Positions 35,838-50,449 of a DNA stretch of 64,000 nucleotides are shown here, piece after piece. Each line of letters opens with the position of its first letter. The first letter of the stretch is position 1. The stretch comes from Mobula hypostoma (Eukaryota). A program made the translations under genes and the position numbers. The stretch is from positions 83,018,001 to 83,082,000 of the forward strand of contig NC_086109.1 of the NCBI RefSeq assembly GCF_963921235.1, written 5' to 3'. Below the pieces are notes generated by a model. That model worked only from the letters and a program-made list of their open reading frames with translations. It searched no databases and was not told the DNA's origin.

Positions 35838-37109
35838 GAACATTGCAGGATGTACCTAATAAAGTGGCTACTGTGTATATAAATACTAATTATTGTGGGA
35901 TTGTACACAAAGCACTAAATAATTAAGTGATAAAAATAGGTTAGATATCAGACAAACAAAGCAAAAGCTCTAGACAGATTACATTTTGGGGTATCACATT
36001 TTAGAGCAAATATAACCGCAATTAAGGAGTGATAGGATAAAATATAAGGACAATTTGCATCACCTAGGCCTGTGTTCAATTGAACCTTAACATTACAATG
36101 ATGTATAAATACAAATCAATATAAGTTGAAGTAGGGGTATACCAGTGTAAGCATTTTGCATGTTACAAATTTAAGATATTTGCAACTCTTTCCACTCAAG
36201 TTACTTCAGCTACTTAGTCTAGGGCTGGATTTGAAACTGGGGTCCGCAGAACCCCTGTTTAAAGGTATTGTTCCACAGCATAAAAAGGGTTGGGAACCCC
36301 TGGTCCAGAGGGATAATTACTTGATGAACATTGATAGATTGTGGTTGAGCAAACATGTTAAGGTTAATGCATACAATACATTGATGGAATCTGAGTGACT
36401 CAACAGGGTTAGGGAATTGTGTGGCTCATTCCTCTTCAGATCACTTGATATTGCTGCCCATTTGTCTGCAGATCATACGTGTAAATACATTTTTCCTGCA
36501 CATTGTAAACTACTTACTCTGTACTGCAATCAGCATAAAGATAGATTTGACAGTGAACTTTGACCATTCTTGCATATTTTTTAGACCGAACTGCTGTTTG
36601 GATTGATGAGCGATAAAGCAAATTTGACAGAAATGAAAGATCCTTAAAATCAACTACATTTCAAAAGAATATTTCTTTATTCACAGATCAGCTGAATTAG
36701 TTATATATCTTTTACTAATAAAAATACATTATTGTACCTCATTGCTGGGATTACATAGAGGTCACAACAGTGTACAATGGACCTCATGTTTATGTATCTA
36801 AGAAACATACAAACATATATAATGAACAAAGAGATTGCACAATGCAAGATTAACCAACCAATGGAAATGCAGCAAAACCGACTCAGAAACTGCATTCTAC
36901 CGTACCTGTTCATCTGTAATCAACACCCTTTTATCCGAGCTGCAATCTGATACTTGCATAATAATGCCCACGGCTATTGTTCAGAAAATATAACTGGGTG
37001 AATGTGCTTTTACTCATGTGGAAATGTAACCCTATTACTTAAAGTTATCATCTCCTGGTGGACACAAGGGTTTCTGCAAAAGGGGGAGATCTTGAGCAAC
37101 ACACACTAA

Positions 37110-37720
37110 ATGTGTTGGGAACACTTGCAGGAACGTGGGAGATGTGAGAGAAAGGGTGTGATGTCAGTAGCTCGGAGGTGATTGGTGGAGGAGGCAAAGG
37201 CCTGAGGAAGATGGCACCTGATTGGAGCGGACAACAGGTCACAGAGCAAAAAGTAAAGGGGGTGGGGAACTGGGGGGTAGGTGGGAGTTGGGGGTGGTTT
37301 AAGTCATGGACAGTTCATGAGGGCAGGGAGGGGAAGAGAAGGAGTAAAGTGGTCAAAAGGGGAATGGAAAACATATGAATACATTTGATTTCCTTATTTC
37401 ATCTGCTGCAGCTTGTACTACAGCAGTGAGACTCAATGGAGATTGAGACCTTCTTTCTGAGCATTTTCTTGCCATTCACTACAACAGTTTTAATTTCCCA
37501 CTGGCCGGCAGGTAGAATTCCCATGTTCCCATTCCCACACTGACATGTTTGCCCATGGCTGCCACACTGAGGTTAAACACAAAATGGAGAAACAATACCA
37601 CACATTCCATTGTGGGAGTCTCCATCCTGGCGGCATCAACATCAATTTCCATAAATTCCGGTACATTGTTTTCCCGTATAGCTCTGGTCACATTACTCTC
37701 TTACGTCCCCTGTTTTCCCA
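37110..37720. mobile_element. Old Penelope remnants in both orientations
   Basis: GA-rich reverse UTR (37110-37375), then a degenerate GIY-YIG C-terminus (cccattcccacactgacatgt..., aacatcaatttc). Duplicated at about 55420-56030 and 59170-59780. Confidence 0.6.
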
Positions 37721-37939
37721 GTCAAATGTCAATCATGTTACAATTCTTTTGTGCATATCAAAACAGAAAGTCTATTATTTAATATATCTATCACAGCTGA
37801 TTTATTCTCATAATAGCCTTTGCTAAATTCAATGAATTCTGGAAAGAAGGTTCCATGGATTAACTTCTGGGGAAAAAAATCAAGTACTGTAATTATAAAG
37901 AACATAAAACACCATATCCCAACACAAAACAGGGTAACC

Positions 37940-39552
37940 TCACTCAGTCTTTTGCTTTCTTCTACATGACATACGACAAAGTTTCTTCAGTGCTACAACC
38001 ACCAGCACTGTGAGCATGAGGAACATGGACAACAGAAAAACCATCACATCCACACAATAGTAAGTGTACCAGGGCAGCCGGTAGGATTCAGAGCGCAAAT
38101 GCCCTGCTCCTTTGTGTCGGGCAACATACTCAATCCAGAAAACAGCTCTCTCCATTGGCAACTCTGGTTGGTCCCGGTGGAGAGCAGAGAGTTTCTTCAT
38201 GTTATCCCGGTAAAATGTGCCATTTATCACCTCATTAAGTGCCTGCAATAGATCTGTTGAATGCATGGTTGCAACATTAAGCACGTTTGCTGCACCTCGG
38301 GATTCAAGTCAGACTACATTGTCAAACTGGTCAAAAGTAAGAGGTATGCCAAGCACTGGTACCCCGTGGTAGATGGCCTCGTAAATGCCAATGATACCAC
38401 AATGAGAAATGAAGACTCGCGTGTTGGGGTGTCCCAGAAGGTCGTTCTGAGGGATCCATTTTGTCAGTAGTGTATTATTACCTATATTGGGAGGGATTTC
38501 CCCATCATATCTCCAAATAACCTTCTGGGGTACTGGAGCAAATGCTTCAGCTATTTCTTTTGTAATCTGCTATGGCAAGGAATCGATAAAGGATCCTAAT
38601 GACATCACAATAATTCCATGCTTTCCTGAGTTTTGAACAAATGCTTCAAACTCTGCTGCCAGTGGCCGGGCTGATTTACATTGGAAGCCTCCAATGTACA
38701 CAATATTTGGCATGGTGGGTCTTGGGAATTCAAATACAAAATCAACTCTCATCAGCAACACATCAGCCCCCATGAGAACTGTTTCAATGTCTGTATCTAT
38801 TCCGAGATATTGATGACAGATTTCATTATAACTTGGGTATATAACAAATTCCCTAAACAGAAGCTGGAAAAAATTATACATGACATTTCCTGTCCTTTGG
38901 AGAAAATTCATATTATCTGCCAAACATGTGCCAAGATTTGGGACATAGGAAGGCGGTGATGGGGCATAGAGGAAATGGGCTTCCCCACTCATCTGCCATC
39001 GAACATTATACACCTGCGGGACTTTCAAATAATGAGCAAGTATTGGGCCTGTACCAAAAGCAGGATCTCTAAGTACTAAGTCAAAATTTGCTCTTTCAAG
39101 TTCTTTTAACAGACTTTTGTTTCGAAAAATTGCAATACCAAATGCTTGATTCCATTTGTGAACTTTATATGAAATATGCTTCATGAATTTTTGGAGCTTC
39201 ATATGGTCCCAAATGGTCCCACCATTCTGTAAACTCTTCAATGACAGTTCCACAATTCTTTCAATCATCATTGACAGAGATTTGTCATATTTCTCTTCAA
39301 TTTGAATAACAATGGATTGATAGAGATCAGGATTTTCCTTCATATGTGAAGATGAAGAATAGTAAAGCACAGTAACATTGTGTCCACGCAGTTTCAGCTC
39401 TTCTACGAGAATTTCATATTAATCCAATGACTTCCATCCACAGGTATAACCAATATTTTAGCCCCTTGGGTAACCGGAGAAGTCAGTGTGATGAAAATAA
39501 TACCAAGAGCAGATGCAATCTGCAATCTGTCTTTCCTTCCAGCTCTACCCAT
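37940..39552 (-). pseudogene. Full-length UGT pseudogene C
   Basis: ATG at 39550-39552; 1-bp deletion near 39412 (MK codons); nonsense TAG at 38570-38572 (K); nonsense TGA at 38309-38311 (R); ends RRKQKTE. Confidence 0.93.
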
Positions 39553-40024
39553 CTTGAGAAAAGCGGATCACACTGAGTCTGCAGTAAAATTGTTAAAAAA
39601 ATACTGGTAAGCATTATAAATTCACAACAAAAACATTTAACCCAGTGGCTCCCAACCTTTTTTATGCCATGGACCATTATCATTAAGTTAGGGGTCTCTG
39701 GTTTTTAGAGTACCTGAATTGCTTAAATGTTGTTTAACGAAAGACATTAATCTTTTAGATTTCCTTCTGTTTTTCTCGAGTGACTTGCTCTTTGTAATGC
39801 AGTCCCCTGGTGCTTTCTGTCTAAACTTAGGTTTACTTTGATCAGCTCCTAGATTCCGAGTTTCTTGTAATGATTTAAACGGAAGCCCGATTAGCGTTAA
39901 CTGCGATTTCACCAATCAACTTCCTAACTATTTATTACATCTCTCCCCTTCCCAGTTTCAACTGCCACTTTATGTTTCTCACTCTCCTCCCCCACTTCTT
40001 AAATCTACTTCTCATCTATTTTTT

Positions 40025-40122
40025 TCTCCAGTCCTGCCGAAGAGTCTCGAAACGTCAACTTTACTTTATTCCATAGATGCTGCCTGGCCTGCTGAGTTCC
40101 ACCAGCATTTCATGTGTGTTGC
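40025..40122 (+). mobile_element. Penelope terminal repeat, single arm, decayed hammerhead motif
   Basis: cagtcctgccgaagagtctcgaaacgtcaact...tagatgctgcctggcctgctgagttccaccagcatttcatgtgtgttgc; duplicate at about 62200-62298. Confidence 0.7.
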
Positions 40123-40124
40123 TT

Positions 40125-40445
40125 CCACCTCCTTACACTCCTTGTTGACATGGGTTGCCGCTGGACAAGAGGTAAATACCTGGGTGTTAACAGGACAGGT
40201 TGTGATCAGATTTCCAAGCAGGGGAAGGGTATGTATGCATCCTTTACTTTTGCAAACAGAAGGTCCAGTGCTCCATGCCCCCTGTAGCTGACACATTGAT
40301 ATAAAGTTGGTATTGTTGCCTCGAGAGAAACATGATTGAAATACCCGGTAGCAAAGGTCGAAACAATAGCATCACAAACTACATTTGCGTCAGCCGACGG
40401 TTGTACGTAAACTGCAACTAAAACGGCAGTTGAGTGAGAATTCCC
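40125..40445 (-). mobile_element. LINE AP-endonuclease fragment (Rex1/L2 type)
   Basis: AVLVAVYVQPSADA...GYFNHVSL...TLYQCVS...LDL; duplicate at 62300-62670. Confidence 0.6.
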
Positions 40446-41361
40446 ATACAATATATCCAATATCAGGTTTATTCATATTCAAAATAATCTACATTTATAA
40501 TAAATACCAAAAATGCTGACATAGATCAGTGGGACCCCACACTAGTCACAGCCCTCCAGTCAGAGAATTGACATTCTCCTTCCGACCGAAATAACTCTGA
40601 ATTCACCTCACAAGCTCCCATGAATCCTATGTGACCAAACCTTCCAAAATCCACCTGCCACACAGGACCTTGTAAAGTCCAAAATTGATTCCATATTAAC
40701 AACCTTCACTGCTCTAACTTCATCCAAGCTCTTCCTTACCTCCCTGAAAAACTCGAAATGATGTTGCAGGTACGACTTCCGAATGGGCTGTGCTGAATCA
40801 GTTCCTTTCATGGAGCATACATTGTCAACTCTAGCTGAGCGGGCACTGGAAATCAGAACTTCGTTCCCTAACATATTCCCTGAGTTGGTAATTTTAATAT
40901 GTTTCTACACAAATGCATTGTAAACATACTCAGCCTCAAGCTGGTTATAAAATGTACCCAAAAATAACCAGGATTAGAGAAGTAATTACAATTTTATACT
41001 TAGTAATAAAGAACACCTTGTGATTAATAGAAAGATTTTCTTTGATGCCGCAATCATGAAGAAATCTGCAGATGCCGGAAATTCTTCCTATAGATGCTGC
41101 CTGGCCTGCTGCGTTCCACAAGCATTTTGTGTGCATTTCTTTCATGTTGTTGTGATTTCAGCAAAGGAAAAGTGACCTGCATTTCTCGGCTCTTTGGAGA
41201 CAAGTCTAGAAGATTGGGTCATATTCAATGTGATACACTCACTTTTTCTTCAGTCCTGCCGAATGTTTTTATCAGTATGAACAATGTTGTTTGGCTTGTA
41301 TCTCCTGAGTCAGCACAGAAGTCAAAGTCAAGATTATTGCCAGACGCACAAGTATGTACAT

Positions 41362-42326
41362 TAGATTAAATTAGATTCAACTTTATTGTCATTGTGAGAG
41401 TACAGATACAAAGCCAATGAAATGCAATTAGCATCTGACCAGAAGTGCAAAAGAATTGTATTATTTACAAAATAACTGCAAAGAAAATGTAAATGGTACA
41501 GCATACAATTATAACAGTACTGAGACGGTCCAGTATGGGTGCAATACTGCTTAGTGCTGTGATGAGAGGTTCAGCAGAGTCGCAGACTCAGGGAAGAAGC
41601 TCTTCCTGTGCCTGCTGTTGCGGGAGCAGAGGCTTCTGTAGCGCCTACCGGATGGGAGGAAAATAAAACGTCCATGGTTAGGGTGAGATGCATCCTTGAA
41701 AATGCTTTTCTCCCTGCCCAGGCAGCGTTTATGGTGGATGTTGTCAATGGTGGGCAATTGGGTGCTGATAATCCGCTGGGCAGTTTTCACCACCCACTGG
41801 AGTGCTTTGCGGTCCTATACCGGACAATTGCCATACCACACTGAGATGCAGTTGGTGAGTACGCTCTCAATGCTACAGCAGTAAAAGTCCGTCAGTATCC
41901 TGGGACAGAGGTGAAGGTAATGTTGCGCCTTTTTGATCAGGATGGAGGAGTTCAGGGACCAGGTGAGATAATCAGAAATGTGGACATCAAGGAATTTGAA
42001 ACTTGATACACCCTCCACTACAGCTCCGTTGATGTAGATGGGGACATGAGGATGGCTCCTAGCATGCCTGATGTCCACGATAATCTCCTTGGTCTTCTGG
42101 GTGTTAAAGGTCAAGTTGTTATTGGCACACCATGCGGCCAGGTGCTGGACCTCATCCCTGTAGGTCGTCTCGTCATCCCCTCTGATCAGACAAACCACCG
42201 TGGTGTCATCTGCGAACTTGATTATGGAGTTAGAACCGTGTACAGGAACGCAGTCATAGGTGGTAAAGGACTACAGAAGAGGGCTCAGCACGCAGCCTTG
42301 AGGCACGTCGGTATTCAGTGTGAAAA
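41362..42326 (-). mobile_element. Rex1/Babar-type LINE fragment (duplicate of 146-1110)
   Basis: ORFs 41815..42198 and 41551..41793. Confidence 0.8.
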
Positions 42327-45300
42327 TGGAGGAGAAGAGGTTGTATAACTCATGCACAGGCATAAATGAAAAACTTGGCTTCAAGCAGCATTACAGGCAC
42401 ATGTAAGCAACATTCACAGGGAAACACAAATTAAACCTAAGCTTAAAACCTTGACTCTGGAATTCCATATTTCCAGGCACAGAATCGCATGAACAAACTT
42501 TTGAAGTAACTTTGACCCTACTTTATTAAGAGAGTTCAGGGAATTCAAGAAGATTCCTGGAAATTTTGGCTCATGAACCTTCTAATCTCCCATGTGTACA
42601 TCAGATATGACATAGCAGAGGTTTGAACTCTGATCACCTGTTATTTAGACCAACACACAGAAAATGCGGCAGCAACGCAGCAGTTCAGGCAGCATTCATG
42701 CCATATGAAAGATCTATGGAGAATAAGAAACATCAACGTTTTGTGCTAAGACCCTTCATTAACAATCCCATCAGAGGAAAGAGGGGTGTTGGTGTGTTTT
42801 CTTGGCTGTAACATAAGTGTAGTTGGAGCAGGACAGGTTATTGGTGATATTTGTTCCTCAGAACTTGAACATCTCAATCCTCTCAACCTCAGTACCTTTG
42901 ATGTAGACAAGAGCACGCTTATAGCCCTCCTTTCAGATGTCAAACAACAGTTCTTTTGTTCTGCTGACATTGAATGAAAGGGTATTGTCATGGCACCATT
43001 TTCCGCAGCTATCGATTTACTTCTTGTACACTAACACACCATTATTTGACATATAGATCTCTACAGTGGTAGCATCTGCAAACTTGTAGATGGAGCTGGA
43101 GCAGAACCTGGCCATGTAGTTATGAGTGCGAAAGGAGTACAGTGAGAGGAAGTGTAACAAACTGTACTGTGTATCTCTCTTGAATTTACCTCCTCTCACC
43201 TTAAATACATGTATTCCATTATTCAACACATCTACCCCGGGAAATGTATATGCCTGTGTACCCTATCAATGGATCTCAATATGTTATAAATGACTCTCAG
43301 ATTTTCCCTCATGTTCTGATGCTCCAGAGAAAACAACTTGGATTTGTCCAGCCTAACTGGACAGTTGCCTTCCATCATTTACACAGTCCACATTAGAATG
43401 TTGTGACAGATTCTTCTTCCTCTGTGTCAACTTTTCTTCCTTTACTGATCTCATGAAATTCAACCTGAGTCATTTTTCAATTAAATCATTGTATTATGCC
43501 ATCCACTTAGTTTCTGTGTCAAAGTGCCCACTGATAAGCTTTCTTCCTCTACCACTGAACGAAGTGCCTTGTTTACTTTTAGTTATTAAAGATAGTAAAT
43601 TTGTCAAGTTATCTCCCCTGTATTCATTGACATTTTACCTCTCTATGTTGTTTAACTTTATCTTTGCTTTCAAATCCTTCCATGATCTTTCCTTTCCTCA
43701 CCTCTGTAAACTCTTCTGACCCACAACAGTCCAGAAATCTCCACTTTTGTTTCATTGACATCAATTTTCTGCAAGTCTCCTGCACTCCACCATTGACAAT
43801 GGTGTCTGCAGCTGCTTGATCCCTTCGTCATGGAATCTTAATCATTAGACACCTTCTTTCTTGCAAAGTTCCTCAAGACAGTCCCAGTCATTTCGCTGCA
43901 TTTATGTTCACTATATTCATTCTGGTGTCCGACAGGAATGTAAAATAGTTAAATAATCAAATAGAGATGTAACATTCCAGAATTCCACAGCCTCTTCTCA
44001 TCACCATCATTAGGGAGGAGGTACAGAAGCCTGAAGGCACAGCCTCAGCATCTTAGGAACAACCCTGAACTGATTCCACAACTATGGACTCACTTTCAAG
44101 GACTCTTTACAACTCATGTTGTCGGTATTATATTTTTTGCTTTGCACAATTTATCTTCTTTAGCACATTTGTTGCTGTCAGTCACTGTAAGATTCAAGAT
44201 TTTGATTTTGAGACAAATAATGCTAATCTAATAAGTCTTTAAAATAATCTTTAGTCTTGAGGTTCATTGAAAATATTGCAGCACAAATTCACTATTTTAG
44301 CAATTATATTAACACTAATGAACTCACAATGTCAATGTCCAGTTTATTGTCATACCCAAACATACATATATGTAGAGTTGCAATGAGAAACTTGCTTGCA
44401 GCAATATCAAAGGCACATAACATCATAGATGCAACATGTACAAGAAAAACATAGATGAACAATGTAGATTATACATTTTTTACAAGAACGACTGCAATTA
44501 GAATAAAATTAACAAAGGCCATTGCCGTACAATGTGATCATGTTGTTGTACATAGCTAGTGATTATGATTGTGCCGGTTGATTTAATAACTGATTTGTTG
44601 AAGGGTTGTAACTGTTCTTGAACTTGGTTGTGTGGGTGAACCACTTGCCCAATGGTAGTTGAGAGAAAATGCCATGACCCGGATTATAGGGATCATTGGC
44701 AGATGTTACCTTCATCAGGTAGCCCTTCTTGTAGATACTCCTGATGGTGGGTTGGGATGTACCTGTGATATATTGGGCTGAGTCCACTACTCTCTTTAGT
44801 TTCTCAAATTCCTGCATTTTTTTTTGTCATCCCAGTCCATGAAGCAACTAGTACATCTGTATATGTCTGTTTTATATTGATGAGCAGAGGCATGAAACAG
44901 ACTTTAAACAACTCAGAATCATGTGGGAATTTAACTTAAGTTGTTTCCATCAGGTTTGCAGTCAGTTCTTTTGAGTAAAATTGAAATGTATGCTGCTTTT
45001 AATGTCAAACCTGGGGAGCTGAAACTCCTTCTGAGTGGTGTCCAGCCTGCTGTTGAGAGGCTGTCGTCATTGCATGAAGCCCATCGATCTCACAGAAAGA
45101 TGAAAATACAATGAAATTACAGTGAGTGACTGAACTACCAATGAACACGCTGAAATTCTGAATGAAAATTGCTTTCACTGTAATCAAATAAATAAATCAT
45201 TTTATTTGTCACTTTGAAAAAAACAAACATTTTTGCAATTATTTGTCACTGCTTTGAATTTGCAGTTCCAATCTCTTTAACTGTGCATCATATAAAAGAA

Positions 45301-45536
45301 TTTTTTAAATAGTTTATATGTACCAGCCAGAAAGAGAGAGGAGGGCACTGGATATATGCTTGGAGAGCCCAGAGGGCAGTAACAGAAAAATGTCTGGGAA
45401 CACTGCTTCAACTATTTTATTACTCCTGATTATTATTTCCATAATATAAGGTTCCATGGATTACCTGCAGGAAAAACATCTTCAATTAATTTTTTAAATC
45501 ATAAAACTACATCTCCCAAAATAAAATAGGTTAACC

Positions 45537-46744
45537 TTACTCAGTCTTTTGCTTTCTTCTACATCCAAAATGACAAAGATTCTTCAGTGCTACAACCACC
45601 AGCACTGTGACCATGAATAACATGGACAACAGAAAAACCATCACCTCCACACAATAGTAAGTGTACCAGGGCAGCCGGTAGGATACAGAGCGCAAATGCC
45701 CTGCTCCTTTGTGTCAGGCAACGTGGTCGATACAGAAAACGGCTTGCTGCATTGGCGACTCTGGTTGGTCCCGGTGGAGAGCAGAGAGTTTCTTCATTTG
45801 TCCCGTTGAAGTGTGTCATTTATCACCTCTAAGTGCCTGCAATTGATCTGTTGAATGCATTGTTGAAACTTTAAGTACCCTTGCTGCACCTCAGGAATCA
45901 AGTCTGACTACATTGTCAAACTGGTCAAAAAGAAGAGGCATGCCAATCACTGGTACCCCATGGTAGATGGCCTCATAAATGCTATTGGAACCACCATGAG
46001 AAATGAAGACTCGTGTGTTGGGGTGTCCCAGAAGGTCGTTCTGAGGGATCCATTTTGTCAGTAGTGTATTATTACCTATATTGGGAGGGATTTCCCCATC
46101 ATATCTCCAAATAACCTTCTGGGGTACTTGAGCAAAGCCTCAACTATTTCCATTCTAATCTGCTTAGGCAAGGAACCTACCAATGCCCCCACTGACATCA
46201 CAATAAGTTCATGCTTCCCAGAGCCTTGAACAAACTCTTCAGACTCTGCTGCTGCTGGTCGGGCTGGTTTACACTGGAAGCCTCCAATGTACACAATATT
46301 TGGCATGGTGGGTCTTGGGAATTCAAATACAAAATCAACCCTCATTAGCAACACATCAGCCCTCAGGGAAGTGCTTGAATGTCTGTGTCTGGTCCCAGAT
46401 ATTGATGACAGATTTCATTATAAGTTGGGTATACATAAAATTCTGCAAACACCAGTTGATCAAGATTGAGCATGAAGTTACCTACTCTTTGGATAAAATT
46501 CATATTATCTGTCAGTTGTGAGCCAGGTTTTGGGACATAGGAAAGTGGTGATGGGGCAGAGAAGAAATGGGCTTCCTCACTTATCTGCCATCGAACATTG
46601 TACACCTGCGGGATTTTTAAATAATGAGAAAGCATTGGTCCAGTACCAAGAACAGGATCTGTAAGAATTAAGTCAAAGTTTGCACTTTCAAGTTGTTTGA
46701 ACAGTGTTTTGGTTTCAAAAATTGCAATACTAAAAGCTTGATTC
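45537..46744 (-). pseudogene. UGT pseudogene D (duplicate of A, 3' two-thirds)
   Basis: ORFs 46363..46755 and 46076..46354; shares frameshifts and the CR1 fusion junction with A; lacks the 5685-5887 insertion. Confidence 0.9.
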
Positions 46745-46944
46745 AAATGCATCATCTCACAGTCATGTAAGTTAAATTACATTTGCCTTTCCTCCGCCCA
46801 TCTCTCGAAGTGATCTCTGGAATTCATTATAACTTGCTTCATTATCAAGAAGCCTAGAAAACTCTGTAATTGCACTAGAGCTGTTAAACATGTCATGTAC
46901 ATTCATAATCCAAATAATTTACATTTATAATGAATAACAAAGAT

Positions 46945-48780
46945 TATAATGTAAAGGAACCCTTACAGGGCAGTGATCATAATATGATTGAATTCATACT
47001 GCTGTTTGAGAGGGAGAAGCACAAGTCACATGTATCAGTAGCGCAATGAAATAAAGAAATTTTGGACCACTGGACAATGATGCTAATGAGGTATTATTGG
47101 GAGATAAAGAAATGGCAGGTGAATTTAATGGGAACTTTGCATCTGTCTTCACCGTGGAAGACACTAGCAGTGTGACAGAGGTCTGTGATTGTCAGGGAGC
47201 GGGAGTGCTATTATAAAGAAAAAAATGCCAGGAAAACTGGAAGTTCTTAAGGTGGATAAATCACCTGGACCAGATGGACTACGTTCCAGTGTCCTGAAAG
47301 AGGTTGGTGAAGAGATAACGGATGTATTGGTCATGATCTTTCAAGAATCACTTGATTATGGAATGACCCTGGAGGACTGGATGATTGCAAATGTCACTCC
47401 ACTCTAAGAAGGGAGTAAGCAGAAAAAAAAGGAAATTACAGGACAGTTAGCTAAATCTCAGTGGTTGTAAAATTGTTGGAGTCTATTATTAAGGATGAGC
47501 TTTCGGGGTACTTGGAGAATAATGATAGAATAAAGTCAAAGTCAGCATGGTTTCTGTGAAGGGAACTTTTGCCTGATAAATCTCTTAGAGCTCTTTGAGG
47601 AAGTAACAAGCAGGATGGACAAGGGAGAGGCAGTGGATGTCATTTACTTGGATTTTCAGTAGGCATTTGATAAGGTGCCAAACATGAGGCTGCTTAACAA
47701 GACAAGATCCAGGGCGTTACAGGACAGACACTGGCATGGATAGAGGAATGGCTGACAGGTAGGATGCAGCGAGCGAGCAGGGCCTTTTCTGCTTGGGTAC
47801 CATTGACATGTGGTGTTCCTCAGGAGTCAGTATTGGGACTGCTACTTTTCACATTGTTTGTCAATGGTTTGGATAATGGAATTGATGTATTTGTGGCAAA
47901 GTTAGCAGATGATTCACAGATTGGTGGAGGGGTAGGTAGTGCTGTGAAAGCAAGATGATTGCAGCAGGACTTACACAAATTGGAAGAATGCGCAAAAATG
48001 TCGAAGATGGAATACAGTGTTGGGAAATGTACAATGATGCATCTTGATAAAAGGTGGAATACTACAGAATATTATTTAAATGGGGAGAAGGTTCAAACAT
48101 CAGAGTTGCAGAGGGACTTACGAGTCCTCGTGCAAGACTCCCAGGTTTATTTACATGTTCAGTCTGTGGCAAAGAAAGCAAATTCAATGTTAGCACTTAT
48201 TTCAAGGGAAATGGAATATAAAAACAAAGAGATAATGATGAACTTTTATAAGACATTAGTCAGGCCACAATTGTTGTATTGTCAATAGTTTTGGGTCCCA
48301 TATCTCAGAAGGGATGTGTTGTCATTGGAGAGAGGCAAGAGGAGGTTCACAAGGATGATTTTAGGAATGAAAGGGTTAACTTATGCGGTGTGTATGGCAG
48401 CTCTGGGCCTGTACTCACTGGAATTTAGAAGAATGCATGGGGATCTCATTGAAACCTACCAAATGTTGAAAGGACTGGATAGGGTGGATGTGGGAATGAT
48501 GTTTCCTACCATGGGGCTGTCCAGTGCTAGAGGTCACAGCCTCAAAATTGACGAGTGACCTTTTAGAACAGAATTATTTTAGCCACAGACTAGTGAATCA
48601 GTGGTGTACTCTGCCACGGATTGCAGTGGAGGCCAAGTCTCTGGGTATATTTCCGCGGGAAGTTGATCATTCCCTGATTGGTCAGGGCATCAAGAGATAT
48701 GGTGGGAAGGCGGGTGTATCGGGTTGAATGGGATTCGGGATCAGCCATGATGGAACGGCGGAGCAGACTCGATGGGCTTA
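46945..48780 (+). mobile_element. CR1-type LINE (third duplicate)
   Basis: Collinear with 7170-8965; ORFs 47189, 47764, 47959 and 48316. Confidence 0.9.
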
Positions 48781-49887
48781 TAACACTGATCGGAGGTCCC
48801 CCACGCCCTCCAGTTGGAGAATCGGCATTCTGCTTCTCACCCCACACGAGTCATATCCCCTCAGTCAGAGAATTGACTTCCTGCTTCCTATCATCGAACC
48901 AGGTCTGAATCCACCTCAGTAGCTCCCCCTGAATCCCATGCGACCGAACCTTCCAAAATCGGACTGCCAATTAGAACCTTGTAAACTTTTTAATGAAATT
49001 AGACATCCTCCACTGCCCTGATTTCATGAATTCTTATAGTTATTTCCCTGGAAAGCTTCAAAGGATTTCGGAGATGTGACCTCCCAATCAGCTGTGCTGA
49101 ATGAACTACTTCCCTTCATGGAACGTACATTGTCGACTCTTGCTCAGTGGGCGCTGGAAATCAGAATTTCCGTTCCGTAACATCTGCCCTGAGGTGGCAA
49201 TTTTAATATGTTTCTACACAAGTGCATTGCAAATGTACTCAGTCTCAAACTAGTTATAAAATGCATCTAAACTAACCTCGGTTCGAGATAAAATTACAAT
49301 TGTACACTTACCGGTAAAGAACACCTTGCGAGTACAGTAACAGAAAGTTATTCTTTGAAGTTGTGATTTCAGCAGACAAAAGGTGACCTGCAGATATCAG
49401 CTGTTTCGTGACAAAGTCTTGGAGATTGGGTAAAACTGAGTGCGATGAGTTCACATTCAGTTCAGTCCTGCCGAATGTTTTTATCAGAATGAACAACTTT
49501 GTTTAGTTTGTATCCCATGAGTCAGAACAGAGTCAAATTCAAAGTCATGGTCAAGTTTATTGCCAAATGCACAAGTACATGTACGCACAGCTGCAATGAA
49601 AAACTTAGATTCAAGCAGCGTAACAGGACGTTTCAGCGGCGTTGACAGGGAAATATTAATAAAGGATAAATGCAACCTCTTGATTCTCTAATTCCAAATT
49701 TCTCGGAATATAAGCATATGAACAAACTTTTAAAGTAACTTTGACCCTATTTTATTGAGATGTGCTTTGTGACAATCTTTAAGTTTCTCAGGAGTTTTGG
49801 CTCATGAAGCTTCTAATGTCCTATATTTGCCTAAATTGAAGTTGTATTGCTGCTGGGGACTTGAAAACAGACCGTTTGTTATTTACA

Positions 49888-50137
49888 CCAACTCACACAA
49901 AATACCAGAGAAACACAGCAGTTCTGGCAGCATCTATGGAAAGGTATTAACAATCGACATTTTGGGCCAAGACCCTTCATCAGCATACCCTCCATGATCA
50001 ATCCTGATGAAGGGACTTGTCCTAAAATTTTGGCTGTTTATTCCTCTCCATAGATACTGCCCGAATTGCTGAGACCCTCCAGCAATTTATGTGTGTTTAT
50101 CTGGATTTCCCGATATCTGCAGAATCTCTTGTATTTA
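49888..50137 (+). mobile_element. Older fold-back Penelope terminal-repeat element (duplicate)
   Basis: Collinear with 31546-31794. Confidence 0.8.
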
Positions 50138-50449
50138 CGTTAGTTAGACAGATGTCCACCTTGGCTGCCTAGTAATTTTGCTGTGCACCACCACTCTATC
50201 CTCCAGGGTATTACATCTAGAGCCAAGTTTATGGTCTCCTCTGTATTGGAGAAACTGTATGCAGATTGGATGATGACTGTAGAATATCTCCAATCAATCG
50301 TCAGGAATACCTCTGAGCCTCCATTTCCTCCTCACTTCATTTTCCATCCCACTCACTCTCTCATAACACTCCAAATAGATGTGGCTACTATATTATTGGA
50401 TTCTTAACTCTACCTCTCTCACTTAATTACTCCTGCCTGAGAAGCGACT

